From assembly GCA_015062715.1 (NCBI GenBank), contig SUUD01000001.1, positions 1 through 30,460 on the forward strand: a stretch of 30,460 bases of DNA, read 5' to 3'. A model generated the notes under the pieces. It was not told the origin of the DNA and did no database searches. It saw nothing but the letters and a program-made list of their open reading frames with translations. Both the position numbers and the translations under genes were made by a program. Numbering within the stretch: position 1 is the stretch's first letter; every line of letters begins with the position of its first letter. This DNA comes from Olsenella sp. (lineage in GTDB: Bacteria; Actinomycetota; Coriobacteriia; Coriobacteriales; Atopobiaceae). Positions 24,275-30,460 of the stretch are shown piece by piece.

Positions 24275-26731
24275 ATGCGCGTCTCATACGAATGGCTCAA
24301 GGACATGGTCGACCTGCCCGACGACCCGGCCGAGCTGGTGGCGGAGTTCGTCCGCACCGGCACCGAGGTCGAGGGCGTCATCGACACCGCGGCCAACCTC
24401 AGGGGCGTGGTCACCGGCCACGTGCTCAGCTGCGAGCCCCATCCCGACTCCGACCACATGCACGTCTGCTCCGTCGACGTGGGCCGGAAGAACCTCGACG
24501 AGGACGGCAACCCCGCGCCGCTGCAGATCGTGTGCGGCGCACCCAACATGCGCGCCGGCCTCAAGGTGGCCGTCGCCACCATCGGCACCGTGCTCCCCGG
24601 CGACTTCAAGATCGAGCGCGCCAAGAAGCGTGGCGTGGTCTCGATGGGCATGTGCTGCTCGTCGGCCGAGCTTGGCCTCGACGCCGACCACTCGGGCATC
24701 ATCGAGCTGCCCGAGGACACGCCCGTGGGCCTGGACTACGCCCAGTGGAGCGGCATCGGCGACACCATCCTCGACTGCGAGATGACCCCCAACCGACCCG
24801 ACTGCCTGTCCATGTGCGGCGTGGCCGTCGAGGTGAGCGCCATGCTCGACAAGGACACCCACTTCGACCTGCCCCGCATTCAGAAGGAGGAGGGCCCCGA
24901 CGCCCACGAGCTGGTGGACGTTGCCATCGACGACGCCACCCTGTGCCCGCGCTACACCGCCCGCGTGGTGCGCAACGTCAAGATCGGCCCGTCCCCCGAG
25001 TGGCTCGCCCGCCGCGTGACCGCCGCCGGCGGCCGCCCCATCAACAACGTGGTCGACGTCACCAACTACGTCATGTACCTCACCGGCCAGCCCCTGCACG
25101 CCTTTGACCTGGGCAAGCTCTCCGAGCGCGACGGCAAGCGCCACATCGTCGTGCGCGCCGCCCGCGAGGGCGAGGTGCTCGTCACCCTCGACGGCCAGGA
25201 GCGCCACCTCATTCCCGAGAACACCCTCATCACCGACGACGGCGAGACCCCCATCGCGCTGGCCGGCGTCATGGGCGGGCTCGACTCCGAGATCGACGAG
25301 AACACCGTGGACGTCCTGCTCGAGAGCGCCGCGTTCAACAGCGGCAACATCTCGCGCACGAGCCGCGTTCTCGACCTCATGAGCGAGGCCTCGATCCGCT
25401 ATGAGCGCGTGGTCGACGCCAACGGCTGCGCCGCCGTGAGCGACATTGCGGCCGCCCTGTTCGAGAGCTGCTGCGGCGCCACCGTGTGCCCGGGCATGGT
25501 CGACTGCTATCCCAAGGCCATCGTCCCGCCGACCATCCCCTTCCGGCCCGAGCGCGTCCGCGCGATCGCCGGCGCCCCCCTCGACGACGACTTCATGGCC
25601 TGCCGCCTGGCGCGCCTGGGCTGCGGCGTCGAGCGCGCGGACGGCACCTGGAGCGTCACCGCGCCCACCAACCGCCCCGACCTCACCCGCGAGATCGACC
25701 TCGTCGAGGAGGTCGTGCGCCTGTGGGGCGAGGGTGACATCGAGCCCACCCTGCCCGCCGCGCGCAACCACGCGGGCGGCCTCACCGTCGAGCAGCAGCG
25801 CCTGCGCACCATCGGCCAGACCATGCGCGCCTGCGGCCTCTGCGAGACGAGCACCTACTGCTTCGCCGACCCGCGCGACCTCGAGCGCCTGGGCATGACC
25901 GAGCAGGGCAAGGGCGTCCCCGTCAAGATCATCCGCCCGCTCGTGGCAGACCAGAGCGAGATGCGCCGCGACCTTATCCCGGGCCTGCTGCGCGCCGTCG
26001 CCTACAACAAGGACCACGGCGTCGCCAACGTCCACCTGTACGAGGTCGGCCGCACGCTCTACGGCCGCGCGCACCGCAGCACCCCCGACGAGCCCACCTA
26101 CGTGGCGGCCGTCATGTCGGGCAGCTGGGACGAGGACGGCTGGAACGCCAAGCATCCCGAGCTCGACTTCTTCGACGCCAAGGGCATCGTGGAGCAGCTG
26201 CTGTCCACGCTGCGCATCTCCAAGGTGCGCTTCAAGCCCACCGACCCTGCCGCCTATGGCTGGCTGCAGCCGGGCCGCGGCGCCGAGGTCCTGGGCGAGG
26301 GCGAGCTTCTCGGCTGGGTGGGCAACATCCATCCCACGTCGCTTGCCAACTTTGGCGTGGACGACCCGGTCGTGGCCTTCGAGCTGTCGGTTGACGCCCT
26401 GCAGCGCCTGGCCAAGCGCCAGCTGCCCTACCAGGACGTGCCCACGCTCCCGGGCGTCGACGTCGACCTCGCCATCGTGGTCGACGAGGAGGTCACCTGC
26501 GAGATGCTCGAGCAGCGCATCGCCTCGGCCGGCGGCAAGCTCCTGCGCGAGGTGCGCCTGTTCGACGTCTACCGCGACCCAATCCGCGTCGGCCTGGGCA
26601 AGAAGTCCATGGCCTTCGCGCTCACGTACCGCGCCGACGACCACACCCTCACCTCCGAGGAGGTCGAGAAGGTCCACGGCAAGCTCGTGACCAAGGTCTG
26701 CAAGGCCACGGGCGGCGAGGTCCGCGGCTAG
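24275..26731 (+). CDS. pheT: Phenylalanine--tRNA ligase beta subunit
   Basis: HPDSD, IVCGAPN, TPNRPD, INNVVDVTNY, GQPLHAFD, ALAGVMGG and KSMAF. Confidence 0.97.
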   Translation: MRVSYEWLKDMVDLPDDPAELVAEFVRTGTEVEGVIDTAANLRGVVTGHVLSCEPHPDSDHMHVCSVDVGRKNLDEDGNPAPLQIVCGAPNMRAGLKVAVATIGTVLPGDFKIERAKKRGVVSMGMCCSSAELGLDADHSGIIELPEDTPVGLDYAQWSGIGDTILDCEMTPNRPDCLSMCGVAVEVSAMLDKDTHFDLPRIQKEEGPDAHELVDVAIDDATLCPRYTARVVRNVKIGPSPEWLARRVTAAGGRPINNVVDVTNYVMYLTGQPLHAFDLGKLSERDGKRHIVVRAAREGEVLVTLDGQERHLIPENTLITDDGETPIALAGVMGGLDSEIDENTVDVLLESAAFNSGNISRTSRVLDLMSEASIRYERVVDANGCAAVSDIAAALFESCCGATVCPGMVDCYPKAIVPPTIPFRPERVRAIAGAPLDDDFMACRLARLGCGVERADGTWSVTAPTNRPDLTREIDLVEEVVRLWGEGDIEPTLPAARNHAGGLTVEQQRLRTIGQTMRACGLCETSTYCFADPRDLERLGMTEQGKGVPVKIIRPLVADQSEMRRDLIPGLLRAVAYNKDHGVANVHLYEVGRTLYGRAHRSTPDEPTYVAAVMSGSWDEDGWNAKHPELDFFDAKGIVEQLLSTLRISKVRFKPTDPAAYGWLQPGRGAEVLGEGELLGWVGNIHPTSLANFGVDDPVVAFELSVDALQRLAKRQLPYQDVPTLPGVDVDLAIVVDEEVTCEMLEQRIASAGGKLLREVRLFDVYRDPIRVGLGKKSMAFALTYRADDHTLTSEEVEKVHGKLVTKVCKATGGEVRG

Positions 26732-26738
26732 AGAAAAC

Positions 26739-26799
26739 GGCACATGTCACCGGGTAACCATGTTCCATCTGGCACACGGTTACCCGGTAACCTTGTGCC
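26739..26799. repeat. Palindromic element with ACCGGGTA/TACCCGGT cores
   Basis: ACCGGGTAACC (26749-26759) / GGTTACCCGGT (26778-26788); GGCACA-C-GGTTACC-C-GGTAACC-T-TGTGCC (26771-26799). Confidence 0.7.
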
Positions 26800-26811
26800 G
26801 GGGGAGGGGCC

Positions 26812-27522
26812 ATGCCGAGCTGGAACATACACACCGCGCTCGCGGAGCGCGTCCTTGACGAGGAGGGGCCCGAGCGCCTGGGCGTCCGCGACGTCGACGC
26901 CTTCCTGCTGGGCAACCTCGCCCCCGACGTCCACGTGGGCTACATGGTCGCCCCCAAGCGCCTCTCCCGCAAGCTCAAGTACCGCTTCACGCACTTCACG
27001 CCGCCCTCCATCGTGCCCGAGCCTGCCTACTGGAAGTTCTTCGAGCGCTATGGGGACCAGGCCGAGGGCCCTGCCGGCGACATGGTCCTGGGCTGCTGGG
27101 CGCACCTCGTCGCCGACCACACGTACAACGTCCGCTCGAACCGCTTCCTCTGGGACAACGGCATCGAGCCCTGTGACGAGGTGCGCAAGCGCAAGCAGGG
27201 CGACTTCGACGTCTTTGGCTGCAAGGCCGTGGCCTCGAGGGCGCCGCATGCGACCGCCGGCGTGATCGCCCAGGCCACGGCCTTCCCCCAGTACGCGTTC
27301 ACGGAGGGCGACGTCGTGGCGGCCTGCGAGTCCATGGAGGGCATCGTGGCGAAGGACGCCGCCCGCCGCGCCGAGGGGCTCCCTGGTTACCAAATGTTTG
27401 ACCAAGCCTTCCTCGACGAGGCGTTTGCCTCCGCCGGGCGTATCATTGCACAGGGGCTGCTCGCCTATGAGCAGGGCGACCCCTACTGGGGAGAGCGTCG
27501 TGACGAGGGGAGCCGCCCATGA
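26812..27522 (+). CDS. Zinc-dependent phospholipase C-like family protein
   Basis: N-terminal MPSWNIH, FLLGNLAPD, THF and LGCWAHLVAD metal-ligand pattern; no signal peptide seen. Confidence 0.65.
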   Translation: MPSWNIHTALAERVLDEEGPERLGVRDVDAFLLGNLAPDVHVGYMVAPKRLSRKLKYRFTHFTPPSIVPEPAYWKFFERYGDQAEGPAGDMVLGCWAHLVADHTYNVRSNRFLWDNGIEPCDEVRKRKQGDFDVFGCKAVASRAPHATAGVIAQATAFPQYAFTEGDVVAACESMEGIVAKDAARRAEGLPGYQMFDQAFLDEAFASAGRIIAQGLLAYEQGDPYWGERRDEGSRP

Positions 27523-28256
27523 CGGGCTTCGAGAAGACCAAGGACTCGCCGCTCTACGAGCAGGTGTCGGACTTCGTCCGCGAGAAGGTCTACTCAAAGG
27601 AGTGGGGCGCCGACCGGCGGATCCCCTCCGAGCACGAGCTCATGGAGCTGTTCGGGCTGTCGCGCGGCACCGTGCAGCGCGGCATCCGCGTGCTGGTCGA
27701 CGAGGGCCTGCTCGTGCAGCAGCGCGGGCGCGGCACCTTCGTGGCCCAGCCCGTCATGGCCCGCCCGTCGTCCAACAGCCTGCTCTCGTTCGCCGAATCC
27801 ATGGACGAGCAGGGCATCTCGTACGAGACGCGCGTGGTCGAGATGCGCGTGGAGTCGGCCGGGCCGGTCTGTGCGGCCAAGCTGGGCATCGTCGAGGGCG
27901 CCGACTACCTCTACCTGCTGCGCGTCCGCAGCGTGCGCGGCAGGCCCGTCATGCTCATTGAGAGCCGCCTCAACCTGCGCGCCTGCCCCGGCCTCGACCG
28001 CGCAGACTTCGACAGCGAGGGCCTGTTCGCCGCGGCGGAGCGCACGAGCGGGCATGCCATCGGGGCATCCGAGATGGTCTACAGCGCCCGTGCCGTGGGC
28101 AAGCGGCGCGGCCGGTGGCTGGGCTGCGAGGAGCACGCCCCCGTGCTCGAGCTTGAGCAGCTCGTCTCGCTCGACGACGGCACGCCCTTCGAGTGGGGCA
28201 GCGTGTGGCTGCCCGCCAACCGCTGCGTCATCTCGAGCGAGACCGTCCGCGAGTGA
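27519..28256 (+). CDS. GntR-family regulator with UTRA domain (HutC subfamily)
   Basis: PLYEQV, RIPSEHELMELFGLSRGTVQRG, RGRGTFV and a C-terminal UTRA-like region; ATGA overlap with the upstream stop. Confidence 0.92.
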   Translation: MTGFEKTKDSPLYEQVSDFVREKVYSKEWGADRRIPSEHELMELFGLSRGTVQRGIRVLVDEGLLVQQRGRGTFVAQPVMARPSSNSLLSFAESMDEQGISYETRVVEMRVESAGPVCAAKLGIVEGADYLYLLRVRSVRGRPVMLIESRLNLRACPGLDRADFDSEGLFAAAERTSGHAIGASEMVYSARAVGKRRGRWLGCEEHAPVLELEQLVSLDDGTPFEWGSVWLPANRCVISSETVRE

Positions 28257-28264
28257 AACACTTT

Positions 28265-28330
28265 TACCCGGTAGTTTTGTCCCGTTTGGCACATCGGTAC
28301 CGGGTATTGCCGTTCCGTCCCCAGGGGAGA
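28265..28330. repeat. Intergenic inverted motif TACCCGGTA/TACCGGGTA plus GTCCCCAGGGGAGA
   Basis: 28265-28273 and 28298-28306 are reverse complements; 28317-28330 resembles 15217-15229. Confidence 0.6.
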
Positions 28331-28340
28331 GGAGCCTGCT

Positions 28341-29777
28341 TTGGGCAAGCGAACCAAGATCGTGTGCACGATGGGCCCGGCGACCGAGGACGAGAACGTC
28401 CTGCGCCAGCTCATCGAGGGCGGCATGAACGTCGCCCGCTTCAACTTCAGCCACGGTAGCCACGAGTACCACCACGCCGGCATCGAGCGCGTGCGCCGCG
28501 TGGCCGACGAGCTGGGGGTGCCGGTGGCCATCATGCTCGACACCAAGGGCCCCGAGATCCGCACGGGGATGCTCGCGGGCCACGAGCGCGTCACGCTCGA
28601 GCCGGGCATGGACGTGACCATCACGACCGAGCAGGTCGAGGGCACGGCCGAGCGCTTCTCCATCAGCTACGCCGGCCTGCCGGACGAGGTGGCCCCGGGC
28701 TCGACGATCCTGGTCGATGATGGCCTCATCGCCCTCGAGGTCACGGGCGTCACGTCCGCCGAGATCGCCTGCCGGGTCATGAGCGGCGGCGAGCTGGGCG
28801 AGCGCAAGGGCGTCAACGTCCCCGGCGCCCACCTGGGGCTGCCCGCCGTGACCGAGCAGGACGTGGATGACATCGTGTTTGGCTGCGCGGAGGGCATCGA
28901 CGCCATCGCCGCCTCGTTCATCCGCGACGCAGCTGGCGTGCGCCGCATCCGCGAGATCTGCGCGGAGCAGGGGCGCGAGGACGTCATGATCCTGCCCAAG
29001 ATCGAGTGCGCGGAGGGCATCGAGAACTTCGATGAGATCCTGGCCGAGGCCGACGGCATCATGGTCGCACGCGGCGACCTGGGCGTCGAGGTGCCCGCGC
29101 AGGAGGTCCCGCACCTGCAGAAGGACATGATCCGCCGCTGCAACGTGGCCTACAAGCCGGTCATCACCGCCACCCAGATGCTCGACTCCATGATCCGCAA
29201 CCCCCGGCCCACCCGCGCCGAGGTCGCTGACGTCGCCAACGCCATATACGACGGCACCGACTGCGTCATGCTGAGCGGCGAGACGGCCGCCGGCCAGTGG
29301 CCGGTCGAGTCCGTGCGCACCATGGCGTCCATCTGCGTGGAGACCGAGCGCTACCTCGACGAGCGCCTCGAGTACCCCGACCGCGGCAACGTCAGGAACG
29401 TGAACGGCGCCATTGGCTTTGCGGCGGTCACCACGGCCGAGCGCGTGGGCGCCACCTGCATCATCGCCCCGTCCATGACCGGCCGCACCGCGCGGCTCAT
29501 CTCGACCTTCAGGCCGCACCTGCCACTCATCTGCTTCTCGCCCATCGAGGCGACGCTGCGCAAGTGCAACTTCTACTGGGGCGTCGACGCCCACCCCTCG
29601 CAGCTCATGCCGTCGATGAGCGCCACGGTGAAGAGCGCCCTCATGCTCGCGAAGGAGGCCGGCGTGGCGCAGGTGGGAGACCTGGTCATGGTGGCCGCGG
29701 GCGACCCCACGACGTCGCCGTCGCAGGGCGAGTACATCACGTCGACCAACGTCCTGATGGTCTGCCAGCTGCGCTAG
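28341..29777 (+). CDS. pyk: Pyruvate kinase (TTG start)
   Basis: RTKIVCTMGP, ARFNFSHG, DTKGPEIR, KGVN.PG, PKIE, GIMVARGDLGVE, TATQMLDSM and DCVMLSGETA. Confidence 0.97.
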   Translation: MGKRTKIVCTMGPATEDENVLRQLIEGGMNVARFNFSHGSHEYHHAGIERVRRVADELGVPVAIMLDTKGPEIRTGMLAGHERVTLEPGMDVTITTEQVEGTAERFSISYAGLPDEVAPGSTILVDDGLIALEVTGVTSAEIACRVMSGGELGERKGVNVPGAHLGLPAVTEQDVDDIVFGCAEGIDAIAASFIRDAAGVRRIREICAEQGREDVMILPKIECAEGIENFDEILAEADGIMVARGDLGVEVPAQEVPHLQKDMIRRCNVAYKPVITATQMLDSMIRNPRPTRAEVADVANAIYDGTDCVMLSGETAAGQWPVESVRTMASICVETERYLDERLEYPDRGNVRNVNGAIGFAAVTTAERVGATCIIAPSMTGRTARLISTFRPHLPLICFSPIEATLRKCNFYWGVDAHPSQLMPSMSATVKSALMLAKEAGVAQVGDLVMVAAGDPTTSPSQGEYITSTNVLMVCQLR

Positions 29778-29781
29778 AGAA

Positions 29782-29820
29782 ATTGTGCCATCGGTGCCTG
29801 TCCCCAATGGCACAATGGCA
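29782..29820. repeat. REP-like palindrome between convergent pyk and ldh
   Basis: ATTGTGCCATCGGTGCCTGTCCCCAATGGCAC; one mismatch in 32 nt versus 2010-2041. Confidence 0.85.
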
Positions 29821-29822
29821 CG

Positions 29823-30460
29823 CTAGTCCATGCCCGGGGCGCAGACCACGCTGCCGGGCACGTACTCACCCACCTGCTCGTTGTAGACGCGGGCGTTGTG
29901 CAGCGTGCACTCGGCGATGGCGTCGAGCGCCTCGTGCGTGAAGAAGGCCTGGTGGCTCGTCACCACGACGTTGGGGAACGAGCACAGCCTGGCGGTGGGG
30001 GAGTCGAAGACCTCGCCGGCACGGTCGAGGTAGACGTTGGGGTCCTCCTCCTCGTACACGTCGAGGCCCGCGGCGCCGATCTTGCCGCTCAGGATGCCGT
30101 CGATGAGGGCGTTGGTGTCGACCAGGCCACCGCGGCCGGTGTTGACCAGGATCACGCCGTCCTTCATGCGCGCGATGGTCTCGGCGTTGATCATGTGGCG
30201 GCTCTCGTCGTTGAGGAAGGCGTGCAGGCTGATGAGGTCGGCCCGCTCGAAGATGGCGTCGTTGTCCACGTACTCGTCGATGACGTGCTCCTCGTCGACG
30301 AGCGCCTGGTTGGGGTAGAGGTCGCTGCCCAGCACCGTCATGCCGAAGCCCTTGCAGATGCGGCACAGCGCCGCGCCGATCTTACCGGTGCCGATGATGC
30401 CGGCGGTCTTGCCGTGCAGCGTGGTGCCCACCAGGCCCGTGAGCGAGAAGTTGTTCTCGC
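29823..30460 (-). CDS. ldhA: D-lactate/2-hydroxyacid dehydrogenase, 5'-truncated by the window edge
   Basis: ENNFSLTGL..LHGKTAGIIGTGKIG, LVNTGRG, GAAGLDVYEEE and NVVVTSHQAFFT; frame open past the window end. Confidence 0.88.
   Translation of the reverse strand, partial: ENNFSLTGLVGTTLHGKTAGIIGTGKIGAALCRICKGFGMTVLGSDLYPNQALVDEEHVIDEYVDNDAIFERADLISLHAFLNDESRHMINAETIARMKDGVILVNTGRGGLVDTNALIDGILSGKIGAAGLDVYEEEDPNVYLDRAGEVFDSPTARLCSFPNVVVTSHQAFFTHEALDAIAECTLHNARVYNEQVGEYVPGSVVCAPGMD

Noticed and set aside
1654-29813. Long antisense or alternate-frame ORFs (e.g. 1654-3663-, 11982-13604-, 20112-22826-, 24284-26743-, 27594-29813-, 13190-15169+ extension)
   Set aside because: These are shadows of high-GC3 genes, with Arg/Pro/Ala/Gly-biased translations, no motifs and no SD.

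Overview
High-GC bacterial chromosome segment. The codon style, gene content, a Firmicutes-type T-box and D-lactate dehydrogenase suggest Coriobacteriia (Olsenella/Atopobiaceae-like); this is inference. Gene order: C1/folate cluster (fhs [partial], fchA-like cyclohydrolase, folD, folE, formate/nitrite channel, folC); a PLDc_N/double-zinc-ribbon membrane protein; a tandem array of four paralogues sharing one unrecognised acidic extracellular domain (three zinc-ribbon/transmembrane forms, one lipoprotein form); a composite palindrome cluster; thrS with an unusual non-T-box leader; a degenerate PLP-family protein; a lipoprotein; folA-thyA-hypothetical-NUDIX-LtaS-like on the minus strand; ECF sigma/anti-sigma/vWA lipoprotein with a shared promoter-like motif; T-box-pheS-pheT; Zn-PLC-like, gntR, pyk; and a convergent partial D-lactate dehydrogenase. 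No transposase, phage, CRISPR, rRNA or tRNA gene is supported. Best leads: the four-paralogue array, the thrS leader (Thr-codon uORF plus terminator), the ECF module with a repeated promoter motif, a FolD lacking its cyclohydrolase residues next to FchA, a PLP-lysine-less MetB-like protein, and a dispersed family of GGGAC/GTCCC-core intergenic palindromes. All calls come from manual motif reading; no searches were run.
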